This document shows positions 9,860-18,799 of a stretch of 64,000 bases of DNA, piece after piece. The first letter of the stretch is position 1, and each line of letters starts with the position of its first letter. Source of the stretch: an uncultured delta proteobacterium (GTDB taxonomy: Bacteria; Desulfobacterota; Binatia; Binatales; Binataceae); NCBI GenBank assembly GCA_963801665.1, contig CAWDFL010000003.1, positions 280,901 to 344,900 on the forward strand, given 5' to 3'. The translations under genes were made by a program, and so were the position numbers. Under the pieces are notes generated by a model, which saw only the letters and a list, made by a program, of their open reading frames with translations, did no database searches and was not told the origin of the DNA.

Positions 9860-10555
9860 TCAGCCGCTCATCGCTTCGCCGATCGCCTCGCGTATTATTT
9901 CGACGACGAGGCCGGGCGCAGTAACGATTGACGCGTGGTCCACCGGATGCGATCGCACCCGGGCGTGCATCCGCTCCGCCATAAAGCGCTGCGTATCGTG
10001 GACGATCATGCGGTCCTGCTCCGCGATGAGAAACCAAGTTGGGCGGTCTTTCCAGAGCGGACGACTCACAGGCACCGTGATGCAGGCAGGCGAAATCGGC
10101 CGCTGAACCGCGCGGAGCAGCGCCAATTCGTCAGCGGAAGCGTTCTGCGCGAACACCGCGGCGAACGATTCGTCCGGCAAATAGATCAGCCCATGATTGT
10201 CCGGCGCCAACTTTGGAGCCAGCGGATGAGGCTTGGCACGATAGAAGACATCGGCGACGGTCTCGCCCTCGTCAGGAGCAAGGGCGGAGACGTAAACCAG
10301 CGCCTTCACCTTCTCACTCCGTGTAGCGGCGATCACGGCCCCAGCGTAGGCATGACCCACAAGAACCACCGTCCCCGAAACTCGCTCGAGCGCGCGCTCA
10401 ACCGCCTCCGTGTCCGCAGCGAACGAGGTCAGTGGCAACGGCGCCGCGAGCACCCCGACGCCTTCGGCAGCCAGCGGCACGATGACCTTGGCCCAGCTCG
10501 ATCCGTCAGCCCAAGCGCCGTGCACCAGCACAACACTCACATTTTCACGCGACAT
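9860..10555 (-). CDS. Alpha/beta hydrolase (Abhydrolase_6), with Ala at the nucleophile position
   Basis: VLVHGAWADGSSW; GHAYAG in place of GHSYGG; DHAS. Confidence 0.85.
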   Translation of the reverse strand: MSRENVSVVLVHGAWADGSSWAKVIVPLAAEGVGVLAAPLPLTSFAADTEAVERALERVSGTVVLVGHAYAGAVIAATRSEKVKALVYVSALAPDEGETVADVFYRAKPHPLAPKLAPDNHGLIYLPDESFAAVFAQNASADELALLRAVQRPISPACITVPVSRPLWKDRPTWFLIAEQDRMIVHDTQRFMAERMHARVRSHPVDHASIVTAPGLVVEIIREAIGEAMSG

Positions 10556-11240
10556 TGGTTCTCTCCCGATGCCGCGCGATCAACTGATCGGCGACGTCGT
10601 TCAAGTTTGCACCGACGATCTGCGGCTGCGGGCCGACTCCCAGGACGTCGTTGCCCACCCGCTTGATCAAGGCAGCCTCCCAGCCCGCGGCGACGGCGCC
10701 TAGGGTGTCCCATGTATGGCAAGCGATAAGACAGAGCTGAGACGGCTCGGCTCCGAGTTCTCTCTCAACGTAGGCGTAGGCCTGCCGAGAGGGTTTGTGA
10801 TGCTTAACGCCGTCCGCACTGAAACGCCGCTCGAAGAGATCGGCAATCCCACCGTGTTCGAGCTGACGCGCCTGCACCTCCGGCAAATTGTCCGTCAAGG
10901 TGAAGAGCCGGAATCCTGCCGCCCGGAGCTTCTGAAGAGCCGCCGGCACCTCCGGATAGGGAGGCATCGTCGAGAATTTTTCAAAGAGCTCCTTCTTATC
11001 CGTGTCCTGAATCACTATGCCGCGTGTGTTGGCCAGCATCTTCATCACAGCCGAACCGATATCGGTGAACGGCACATAGCATCCGGCTACCGTCAGAGCC
11101 GCGGAATACATAATGAGGTTAGCGAACCAAAGGCGCATTGCGCCTTTGTCGCGGAAGATACGCTCGAACGTCGGCTCCATGGTCGTTAGATCGAGTAGCG
11201 TCTCATTCACGTCGAAGACGATTAGAGGAAGAGCGTTCAC
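10545..11240 (-). CDS. Haloacid dehalogenase type II
   Basis: FDVNETLLDL, TLTDN, HKPSRQAY, IACHTWDTLGA. GTG start at 11240. Confidence 0.85.
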   Translation of the reverse strand: MNALPLIVFDVNETLLDLTTMEPTFERIFRDKGAMRLWFANLIMYSAALTVAGCYVPFTDIGSAVMKMLANTRGIVIQDTDKKELFEKFSTMPPYPEVPAALQKLRAAGFRLFTLTDNLPEVQARQLEHGGIADLFERRFSADGVKHHKPSRQAYAYVERELGAEPSQLCLIACHTWDTLGAVAAGWEAALIKRVGNDVLGVGPQPQIVGANLNDVADQLIARHRERTNVA

Positions 11241-11375
11241 GTGAATACACTCCAATTTGTTTCGCGTCGCTGTCCAGGTCCGCGAGCTTCTCGAGAACGA
11301 TTGCACGCACAATGGTTCTCCGACACATCAGTGCGCGCCATCTCGTGCGAGAAGCGGGCGCACTGAGCCACGAAA

Positions 11376-12251
11376 CTAAGGGACGAGAAACTCGCGGATC
11401 GCCGCCGCAATCTCGGCGGCGTGGGTCTCCAGCGCGAAGTGTCCGGTATCGAAGAAGCGAACGGAGGCACCGCTAATATCGCGTTTGAATGCCTCGGCGC
11501 CTGGCGGCAGGAAGAAGGGGTCGTTCTTTCCCCATACCGCCAGTAGTGGCGGCTTGTGCTCTCGGAAATATTTCTGGAAGGCCGGGTAAAGCGCGACGTT
11601 GGTCTTGTAGTCGCCGAATAAGTCGAGCTGCGCCTCGTCCGCGCCTGGCCGGGCCAGATAGAAATTATCGAGCGAGTATCCGTCTGGCGAAACCGCCGTC
11701 GCATCAGAGACCCCGTGTGTGTATTGCCAGACGGTCGTCTCGGGCTTGAGGAAAGCGCGGAGTGCGTCGCGGTTGGCTTGCGACGGGTTCTCCCAATAGG
11801 CCCGGATCGGATTCCAGCCATCGCTCAAACCTTCCTCGTAGGCGTTGCCGTTCTGTGAGACGATCGCGGATATACGTTCCGGATGCTTTAGGGCAATCCT
11901 CAAGCCCACCGGCGCACCGTAGTCGAAGATGTAGATCGCGAACCGTTTCAACCCGATCACCTCGGTAAAGCGATCGATTACATCGGCGAGATTATCGAAG
12001 CTGTATTTAAACTTATCGCGGGGCGGCAGATCCGATTGACCGAAGCCCGGCAGGTCAGGCGCTACGAGGTGAAAGCGGTCGGCGAGAAGTGGAATCAAAT
12101 CGCGGAACATATGCGACAACGTCGGGAAGCCATGAAGCAGCAAAACAACCGGCGCGTTCAACTCACCGGCCTCGCGATAAAAAATCTTCATCCCGCTCGA
12201 GTTCACAGTGCGATAGCGTACGATGGGTGAAATCACTTGATCAGTATTCAT
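11376..12251 (-). CDS. Alpha/beta hydrolase (epoxide hydrolase/dehalogenase-like, Asp nucleophile)
   Basis: LLLHGFPT, APDLPGFG, FDYGAP, QNGNAYEEG, DTGHFALETH. Confidence 0.9.
   Translation of the reverse strand: MNTDQVISPIVRYRTVNSSGMKIFYREAGELNAPVVLLLHGFPTLSHMFRDLIPLLADRFHLVAPDLPGFGQSDLPPRDKFKYSFDNLADVIDRFTEVIGLKRFAIYIFDYGAPVGLRIALKHPERISAIVSQNGNAYEEGLSDGWNPIRAYWENPSQANRDALRAFLKPETTVWQYTHGVSDATAVSPDGYSLDNFYLARPGADEAQLDLFGDYKTNVALYPAFQKYFREHKPPLLAVWGKNDPFFLPPGAEAFKRDISGASVRFFDTGHFALETHAAEIAAAIREFLVP
12080..12110 (+). repeat. 31-bp direct repeat, copy 1 (CGGCGAGAAGTGGAATCAAATCGCGGAACAT)
   Basis: Identical to 19686..19716. Confidence 0.85.
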
Positions 12252-12310
12252 GATGCCTTCCTTCGTGAGTATTCGGCGATTTACCCGCGTTCGCCTTCTC
12301 ATGAAATTAA

Positions 12311-12850
12311 CTAACGCTCCGGGATCTGCGGAGCCTCAGAGTCAGCGCGCTGAACAAACCGCGCACCAGCGCGGATCGAGGACTCATCGCGGCCGATCAC
12401 CTTGTCCACGAATCGTCTCAGAAAAAAATCGATACTCAGCCATCCCGCGCCTGAAAAGAACAGCCAGACAAACGACAGCGCATACAGCGGTTCATCGAGT
12501 TCGGCAAAGTCATCGAGGCCCCCGACATGCTTCAGTTTCACAGTCAGGATCGCGACTATCATATTGATGATCATGGGAATCGAAACGAAGCGCATTCCCA
12601 ACCCGAGAATCGTCAGCGCACCACCGAGGAATTCCGTGTACGCCGACAGCGCGGCGTTGAAACCGGGGTAAGGAATTCCCCACTGCGCGAACCTCATCGT
12701 GAATGCGTCGAGGTTGTGAATCTTTCCCCACCCGGTCTCCATGAAGAAGTAGCCGACAAACAGACGCATCAGGAGCGCGGGAATCCACCACGCAGCCGAC
12801 AGCCGGTCGAAGAGTTCCGCCGCCGCAATTATGAGCTTTTTCCGGTACAC
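12311..12850 (-). CDS. DoxX family membrane protein (bufferin-cluster associated)
   Basis: LLMRLFVGYFFMETGWGKI...EFLGGALTILGLGMR...GAGWLSID. Probable GTG start at 12850. Confidence 0.88.
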   Translation of the reverse strand: MYRKKLIIAAAELFDRLSAAWWIPALLMRLFVGYFFMETGWGKIHNLDAFTMRFAQWGIPYPGFNAALSAYTEFLGGALTILGLGMRFVSIPMIINMIVAILTVKLKHVGGLDDFAELDEPLYALSFVWLFFSGAGWLSIDFFLRRFVDKVIGRDESSIRAGARFVQRADSEAPQIPER

Positions 12851-12877
12851 GCTGCTAAGGCCCTCGGGTCCGCGCAA

Positions 12878-12907
12878 CTTAGATGCGCCAGGACTGACGA
12901 GGTTACA
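12878..12907 (-). promoter_or_regulatory. ECF-type promoter for doxX: TGTAACC-N14-GCATCTAAG
   Basis: Same motif and spacing as the sites at 12945 and 16608. Confidence 0.75.
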
Positions 12908-12944
12908 GACTCGCGTTCGCTCGCCAGAGTTCGAATGTCAGGAC

Positions 12945-12974
12945 TGAAACCTTTCTGTCGCTGCGGAATCAAAG
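12945..12974 (+). promoter_or_regulatory. ECF-type promoter for the precursor gene: TGAAACC-N14-GAATCAAAG
   Basis: Matches the other two sites; lies 32 nt upstream of the ATG, with an AGGAGG RBS between. Confidence 0.7.
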
Positions 12975-13006
12975 TCCCATATCCCAACTCCCTAGGAGGA
13001 GAAAAA

Positions 13007-13270
13007 ATGAACGCGAAGAATCTGCTGATCGCCAGTGCAGTGGCGATGCTGTTTGTAACCGGCGCCGTGAATGCCCGCGCCGATCAGAGCGCGGGCACCG
13101 ATCAGGTGAAGTGCGTCGGTGGGAACAGCTGCAAGGGACAGTCGGCCTGCAAATCCGCGCACAATGACTGCAAGGGCAAGAACGCCTGCAAAGGACAAGG
13201 CTTCGCCCAAACGACCGCGCAGGATTGCAAAGACAAGGGCGGCACCGTCGCATCGCTTGACAGCAAGTAG
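13007..13270 (+). CDS. bufA: Bufferin-type (BufA2-like) secreted Cys-rich RiPP precursor
   Basis: Sec signal peptide (MNAKNLLIASAVAMLFVTGAVNARA), then six Cys in repeated NxCKG units (KCVGGNSCKGQSACKSAHNDCKGKNACKGQG...DC); directly upstream of DUF692. Confidence 0.85.
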   Translation: MNAKNLLIASAVAMLFVTGAVNARADQSAGTDQVKCVGGNSCKGQSACKSAHNDCKGKNACKGQGFAQTTAQDCKDKGGTVASLDSK

Positions 13271-13282
13271 ATCCAAAAAGGC

Positions 13283-13308
13283 GGACCTCGGCTTCGCAGC
13301 CGGGGTCC
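13283..13308 (+). other. Intergenic hairpin after the precursor gene (mRNA stabiliser or partial terminator)
   Basis: GGACCTCGGCT-TCGC-AGCCGGGGTCC stem-loop without a U tract. Confidence 0.5.
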
Positions 13309-13318
13309 GGCCAAATAC

Positions 13319-14161
13319 ATGAGCTTCTTACCCCATCTAGGTCACGGCGTCGGTCTTCGGACCGTTCACTATCCGCAGGTCCTGGACAGGACCGCGCGCT
13401 CGGATTGGTTCGAAGTAATTTCGGAAAACTTCATGATTGCAGGCGGACGGCCTCTGCAGATACTGGAGAAAGCTCGGGAGCTCGCGCCAATCGTTCTTCA
13501 TGGCGTCTCGCTCAATATCGGAGGAACCGATCCTCTCAGGCCAGACTATCTCGCCGATCTCGAGTCGTTGATTCGACGGTTCGATCCAGCTTGGGTTTCC
13601 GATCATCTTTGTTGGGGAGCTAGCGGCGGCCGATTTGCCCACGATCTTTTGCCGCTTCCCTACACTGAAGAAGCGGTGAGGCACGTTGCTTGCCGAATCC
13701 GCCGGGTTCAGGACCGCCTCGGCCGACGCATCCTTGTAGAGAATGTTTCCAGCTACCTGACCTACACCATCTCGTCGATGCCCGAATGGGTCTTTCTTAC
13801 CGCGGTCGCTGAGGAAGCTGACTGCGGAATTCTGTTGGACGTCAACAATATCTACGTTAGCGCGAGCAATCACGGATTCTCGCCCTTCGAGTATCTCTCG
13901 GGAATTCCTGGGGAGCGGGTTGGGCAGATCCACCTGGCTGGTCACAGCACTTCGGGAGACTTGCTGATCGATACGCACGATCATCCTGTTCCGACGCCGG
14001 TGTGGCGGCTTTATCGCGAGGCGGTGCGAAGGTTCGGCGGTGTATCGACTCTCGTGGAATGGGACGATCAGATCCCTTCTTTCGGCGAACTCCTGGCCGA
14101 AGCGAATCGCGCGCGCAAAATTGAGAATGAGGTACTCGGTGCAAGCTGCGTCTCTCCATGA
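13319..14161 (+). CDS. bufB: Multinuclear non-heme iron oxidative enzyme (MNIO, DUF692; BufB-like)
   Basis: GVGLR, FEVISENF, LHGVSL, VSDHL, VENVSSY, LLDVNN, IHLAGH, IDTHD, EWD metal-ligand motifs. Confidence 0.93.
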   Translation: MSFLPHLGHGVGLRTVHYPQVLDRTARSDWFEVISENFMIAGGRPLQILEKARELAPIVLHGVSLNIGGTDPLRPDYLADLESLIRRFDPAWVSDHLCWGASGGRFAHDLLPLPYTEEAVRHVACRIRRVQDRLGRRILVENVSSYLTYTISSMPEWVFLTAVAEEADCGILLDVNNIYVSASNHGFSPFEYLSGIPGERVGQIHLAGHSTSGDLLIDTHDHPVPTPVWRLYREAVRRFGGVSTLVEWDDQIPSFGELLAEANRARKIENEVLGASCVSP

Positions 14162-14922
14162 AGTACAGCGTCTGTTCTGGGAGTCTGTAGCGAGACGGCC
14201 CGGCCGCGACTCGATTGCACCCGCCTTCGTCAGGATGGTTCGCGGCGCTAATGACGGCGATCGAAAGAATCGAATCCGCGTTTATTCAGACGCTTACTAC
14301 TTGCGTCTACGGCGACGTCCTCCGCGAAGACTTCCATCGAGTAGCCGCTCTGCTCGGCGCCGGCCAATTCGACCAAGTTGTGGCAAACTATCTGGAGGAG
14401 TTTCCCTCGGAACAGCCATCGGTCCGTCATTTGGGACGCGCTCTCGCCGAATTTCTGCGGCGCCGAGAAGACCTGCCAAAGTGCCTTGCCGATCTCGCGG
14501 AACTCGAATGGGCCCGCGTCGAAGTTTTTGACGCAACCGACGCCTCATGCGCGACGATCGAGGACCTGGTCTCCGTTCCCCCAGATTACTGGCCGGCTTT
14601 GCGCTTTCGGGCGATACCCGCAATGCAAACTCTGCGCACTCAATACCCCGCGCATCAACTTTGGTCCGGCGCCGAGTCCCTGGAACTGTCAGCGGCCGAG
14701 ACTTCGCTCCGCGTGTGGCGCAAAAATGGCGAGGTCCTTCATGCGTCGATGGACGAGCGAGAGTCGGCGGCGCTGAGTAGGATGGTCTCAGGCGAACCGT
14801 TCGCCGCAATCTGTGAAACTTTCACAGATCTGCCCGAGATGGATGCGGCGCAAGAAACGGCTGCGCTTCTCGTGCGATGGATCGAAGACGGGATCATCAG
14901 GCGAATTCGCGCCGCCGATTAG
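14139..14922 (+). CDS. bufC: DUF2063 partner protein (BufC-like), split by a +1 frameshift near 14311
   Basis: GTG start overlapping the end of bufB: VQAASLHEVQRLFW...RIRVYSDAYYLRL. Removing one G gives RDVLREDF...LADLAELEWARVEVFDA. Confidence 0.82.
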
Positions 14923-14923
14923 A

Positions 14924-15178
14924 CTACGATGCCTTCGGCCGCTTTGGTCCATTGTTCAGAATCCTGAGGACAAGGGAATTCGGAATTACGGTTTCGCCGG
15001 AATGGCTCGAGTCTTGCGCTATTCGCCTTAACGCGCTGACGGTCAGCTCATATCCCTTCAGGTACTCCGAGCATCGCCTGCATTGGACGACGTGCTGCGA
15101 AAACGATCTGCGGTCAGTGTCGCTCAATTCCCCGTCTCTCAAGAGACGAATCAAGCCGACGAATTTCCGGCAGGTCAT
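14924..15178 (-). CDS. Small soluble zinc-finger (zf-HC2/ZAS) anti-sigma factor
   Basis: MTCRKF...DGELS...HVVQCRRC (HxxxCxxC); immediately downstream of the NDH-2 gene. Confidence 0.82.
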   Translation of the reverse strand: MTCRKFVGLIRLLRDGELSDTDRRSFSQHVVQCRRCSEYLKGYELTVSALRRIAQDSSHSGETVIPNSLVLRILNNGPKRPKAS

Positions 15179-15182
15179 CGGG

Positions 15183-16559
15183 CTACGCCGCACGGCTTTC
15201 CTTATCGTCGGAGCCCTTCGAGGCCGTCGTGCCGAGAGGATGTCTGGCAGTCACGTAGGCGAAGTCTTTCGCAAAGCACAGATCCAGCGTCCAATCGAGC
15301 GCAACGCGCATCTTTTTCTCGAGCCGGGGGAGTTTGAACAGGTAGATTGTGCGCCACAGCCACCAGGCAGAGAACCCCGAGAAGTTGAGGCCAAAGACAT
15401 TCGCCACGCCCGTGCGCCGGCCGATTGCCGCGCGCCGGCCCAACGTCGAGAACCTAAATGGCCTCCTCTTGCCTCCAACGATATCCGCGGCGACGTTGCG
15501 CGCGGCGCATCGTGCTTCGCGAATCGCGTGCTGAGCAGTTGGCGGATGGAATCCTCCCGTCTTGAGGTCAGGAATCGAAGCGCAGTCGCCCAGCGCCCAC
15601 ACGCCGGGAAATTCTTTGTTTTCCAGGTATTCATTGACGAGGATGCGTCCACCTATTTTTGGTACTGGCAGTGCGGCAACCAGAGGATTCGGTGCATTGC
15701 CGGCCGCCCAAATTAGCGTGGTGGCGGGAATCGTCCGGCCGTCTGAGAGCTCGACGATGCCGTCACGCACTGACGTGACACGCGAGCGAGTGATTATCTC
15801 GACACCGCGCGCAGCTAGCTTGCGTTGCGCGTAGGCTCCGAGCTTGTTGCCCAACTCCGGCAAGATGAACTCGTCAGACGATACAAGAATCGTGCGGACA
15901 AATTCCGGCGTCAGGTTGGGATAAAAGCGAATCGCCTGGCGGAGGAAGTCATTGATTCCGCCCAGCGTTTCGACTCCCGCGAAACCGGCGCCCACTACCA
16001 CAAACGTGAGCAGCGGCTGCCGTTTGCCGGCCGCGCACTCCGAGTTCGCTTCTTCGAGATGCGTGATCAGTCTGTTTCTCAATTCGATGGCGTCGTCGAG
16101 CGTTTTGATAGTCAGCGCTATCTCCTGCACCCCCGGCAGGCCGAAGAAATTCGTTCTAGAACCGAGCGCGACTATCAGATGGTCGTAGGCGAGTTCGTGG
16201 ACGTGGCGATCGAAGCCATGGGTGACGGCGACGCATCGCCGTTCCAGGTTTATCGTTTCTATGTCTCCGGTGAAGGTCTTCACTCTGCGGAGCAGCTTGC
16301 GAAGAGGATTGACGATGGTGTTCATTTCGAGATCGCTCGCCGCTACCTCGTGCAGCATCGGCGTGAACAAAAAGTAGTTGTCGCGCGTTACCAGTGTGAT
16401 GCTTACATCGGCCCGGCGGTGCAGAGTTTTTTCCAATTCCATAGCGGCGTAGATGCCGCCGAACCCGCCGCCAAGTATCAGGACTCTGTGGGCGCAATCC
16501 GCGCTTGCGTTGGCCTCGGGAATACCGCCGCATCCGTCTTTATTTTCGGTTTGATTCAA
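15183..16559 (-). CDS. Type II NADH dehydrogenase-like FAD/NAD(P) oxidoreductase
   Basis: LGGGFGG, LFTPMLHEVA, VGAGFAGVE, WAAG, ALGDCA, PPTAQHA motifs. Confidence 0.9.
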   Translation of the reverse strand: MNQTENKDGCGGIPEANASADCAHRVLILGGGFGGIYAAMELEKTLHRRADVSITLVTRDNYFLFTPMLHEVAASDLEMNTIVNPLRKLLRRVKTFTGDIETINLERRCVAVTHGFDRHVHELAYDHLIVALGSRTNFFGLPGVQEIALTIKTLDDAIELRNRLITHLEEANSECAAGKRQPLLTFVVVGAGFAGVETLGGINDFLRQAIRFYPNLTPEFVRTILVSSDEFILPELGNKLGAYAQRKLAARGVEIITRSRVTSVRDGIVELSDGRTIPATTLIWAAGNAPNPLVAALPVPKIGGRILVNEYLENKEFPGVWALGDCASIPDLKTGGFHPPTAQHAIREARCAARNVAADIVGGKRRPFRFSTLGRRAAIGRRTGVANVFGLNFSGFSAWWLWRTIYLFKLPRLEKKMRVALDWTLDLCFAKDFAYVTARHPLGTTASKGSDDKESRAA

Positions 16560-16607
16560 TTGATTCGTTCACGCCGGAGCCGTTGAAAGTGCCTGATTAT
16601 TCGATAG

Positions 16608-16637
16608 CTTAGATGCGTCTCAGGCCGAGTGGTTTCA
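16608..16637 (-). promoter_or_regulatory. ECF-type promoter for the ndh/anti-sigma operon: TGAAACC-N14-GCATCTAAG
   Basis: Same -35 and -10 elements and spacing as the sites at 12878 and 12945. Confidence 0.75.
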
Positions 16638-16718
16638 TCATTTCCGTTGGCGTACAGACGGTTTGTCATTAAAATAAGGGCGCTTACGAAGCCCCTGACT
16701 GTCGCGGCGGAGTTCTCT

Positions 16719-18689
16719 TTGGCGGGTGAGAAGCAATTCGCGGAGCAGACCCCTTTCGACGACGCCGCGCTGCGAGAGATCGTCGAGGGCGTCGAATCGG
16801 AGACGGGCGATCGTTTCTTCTACTCGCTCGTCAAACATCTCGCATCCGCCCTCGGCTGCGAGTACGCGTTTGTCTCCGAACTCCTGGCAGATGGTTTGAG
16901 GTTTCGGACGCGCGCGGTATGGGGACGCGGAAGTTTCATGGAAAACTTCGAAATGTCCCTCAATGGCACTCCATGCGAAGCAGTTCTGAACGGCAAGTCC
17001 TCTCATCATCCCGAACGGATCTGCCAGCTCTTTCCCTCTGACAGCGCTCTTAAGCAGTGGGGCGTCGAGAGCTATTGCGGCGTTCCGCTGCTTGATTCGG
17101 TTGGGATCGTGGTCGGCCACCTGGCAATCCTGTCGGAGCGGCCGATGTGGGAGGGACCTCGCGGCCTCGCGATCATGCGAGTTTTTGCTACTCGCGCGCG
17201 CGCCGAATTAGAGCGGCTGCGCACCGAGGATGCACTGCGCCGCGCGAACGAGGCGTTGCTACGCAGCGAAGAGCGCTTTCGTGACCTGTTCGACGAGGCT
17301 CCTATAGCCTACGTGCATGAAGACCTTGACTCCCGGTTCATCGAGGCGAACCGCACAGCGATGAGGATCCTCGGTCTCAAGCCCGAGGAGGTTGCCGGGA
17401 TGACCGGAAGGTCTTTGGTGCCTGACACGCCCGCCGCGCAGCGCGCCCTGAGCGAGTGGCTCGACTCAATGACGCGAGGCTCCTCCGCCACTAGCGGCAG
17501 GGTCCTTGAGCTGCGCCGCAAGGACGACGACAAGCCCGTTTGGATCCAGTGCTGGTCGAGGCCGGCTCCCGACGGCAGCTACACGCGCACTATGTTTATC
17601 GATGTAACGGACCGCGTGCTCATGGAGCGGGAGAAGGCGCGCCTGGAAGCTCAAAACACCTACCTGATCGAAGAGATCAAGGAAACGCACAACTTTGAGG
17701 AGATAGTCGGGCGGAGCCGGGCTCTGGCCGAGGTGATCGAAAAGGTAAAGCTTGTCGCGAGCACCGATTCGTCGGTGCTGATTCTGGGAGAAACCGGCAC
17801 CGGAAAGGAGCTGATAGCGCGCGCAATACACTCGAACAGCGAGCGCAGGAATCGGCCTCTGGTCAAGGTGAACTGCGCCGCTCTTCCTTTTGGTCTTATC
17901 GAGAGCGAATTGTTTGGTCATGAGAAGGGAGCCTTCACCGGCGCGACCGATCGCCGCATCGGCCGGTTTGAGCTCGCGCACGGAGGGACGATCTTCCTGG
18001 ACGAGATCGGCGATATGCCGGCCGATGTGCAGGCGAAGCTGCTCCGAGTTCTCCAAGAGCATGAATTCGAGCGGGTCGGTGGCTCGAACCTGATCAAGGT
18101 TGACGTGCGCGTGATCGCGGCGACCAATCGCGATCTTTTTCGATCGGTTTCCGAGGGAACTTTCCGGCAGGATCTCTACTACCGCCTCAACGTCTTCCCG
18201 GTTCAAATGCCGCCGCTACGTGAACGCCGCGAAGATATTCCACCGCTCGTGCACTATTTCGTCCGCCGCTTCAGCTTGAAAATCGGGCGCAAGATAACCC
18301 GCATCCAGCGCGAAACGATGGAAAGGCTGGCCAGCTATGCCTGGCCGGGAAATGTGCGGGAGCTCGAAAACGTGATCGAGCGCGCTGTAATCCTGTCGCG
18401 AGGGAACGAACTCGAAGTCGCTCCCGGCGTCTTGCCGGAGATCGCGCCTGTCGCGCACGCGCAAACAGCCCCACCACGGCGCGCGCCAGAGGAAAAGGTT
18501 CCGGCGCTTCCTCGGCCGCAAAGTATAGATCAGGTGGAACGCAATCACATTCTCGAGGTTCTGATGCGAACCAACTGGCGAATCGAAGGAACTGAAGGCG
18601 CAGCGGCATTGCTGAACCTCAATCCCAGCACGCTTCGCAGCCGTATGAAAAAGCTCGGAGTCCAGCGAAACACTCAAGCGACTTCGTAG
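16719..18689 (+). CDS. Sigma54-dependent enhancer-binding protein, GAF-PAS-AAA+-HTH (FhlA-like)
   Basis: GAF (ESYCGVPL), PAS ([11 protein letters not shown]), [32 protein letters not shown]-terminal HTH. TTG start after GGAG; ORF open from 16629. Confidence 0.93.
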   Translation: MAGEKQFAEQTPFDDAALREIVEGVESETGDRFFYSLVKHLASALGCEYAFVSELLADGLRFRTRAVWGRGSFMENFEMSLNGTPCEAVLNGKSSHHPERICQLFPSDSALKQWGVESYCGVPLLDSVGIVVGHLAILSERPMWEGPRGLAIMRVFATRARAELERLRTEDALRRANEALLRSEERFRDLFDEAPIAYVHEDLDSRFIEANRTAMRILGLKPEEVAGMTGRSLVPDTPAAQRALSEWLDSMTRGSSATSGRVLELRRKDDDKPVWIQCWSRPAPDGSYTRTMFIDVTDRVLMEREKARLEAQNTYLIEEIKETHNFEEIVGRSRALAEVIEKVKLVASTDSSVLILGETGTGKELIARAIHSNSERRNRPLVKVNCAALPFGLIESELFGHEKGAFTGATDRRIGRFELAHGGTIFLDEIGDMPADVQAKLLRVLQEHEFERVGGSNLIKVDVRVIAATNRDLFRSVSEGTFRQDLYYRLNVFPVQMPPLRERREDIPPLVHYFVRRFSLKIGRKITRIQRETMERLASYAWPGNVRELENVIERAVILSRGNELEVAPGVLPEIAPVAHAQTAPPRRAPEEKVPALPRPQSIDQVERNHILEVLMRTNWRIEGTEGAAALLNLNPSTLRSRMKKLGVQRNTQATS

Positions 18690-18691
18690 AT

Positions 18692-18708
18692 CCGCGAGAT
18701 ATCGCGGG
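18692..18708. promoter_or_regulatory. Palindromic enhancer (UAS) candidate CCGCGAGATATCGCGG
   Basis: Inverted repeat just after the activator's stop codon, about 65-80 bp upstream of a -24/-12 promoter. Confidence 0.55.
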
Positions 18709-18771
18709 CGAGCGTCGCGGCTCGTGGTCTTTGGACGGCCTGAATTACCGAAATCGTTGCGATATTGATCG

Positions 18772-18787
18772 TGGCCTGCGCCTTGCT
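18772..18787 (+). promoter_or_regulatory. Sigma54 (-24/-12) promoter TGGCCTGCGCCTTGCT
   Basis: GG-N10-GC spacing in a TGGC...TTGCT context, 12 nt before the ECF ATG. Confidence 0.75.
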
Positions 18788-18799
18788 GTGAACGAGGCC

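Noticed and set aside
12527-13006. N-terminal extension of the RiPP precursor (247-aa ORF)
   Set aside because: Antisense to doxX; the AGGAGG RBS and signal peptide place the start at 13007.
13319-14161. Methanobactin (mbnB) cluster
   Set aside because: The precursor has a Sec signal peptide and NxCKG repeats, and the partners are DUF2063 and DoxX; this fits bufferins rather than MbnA/MbnC.
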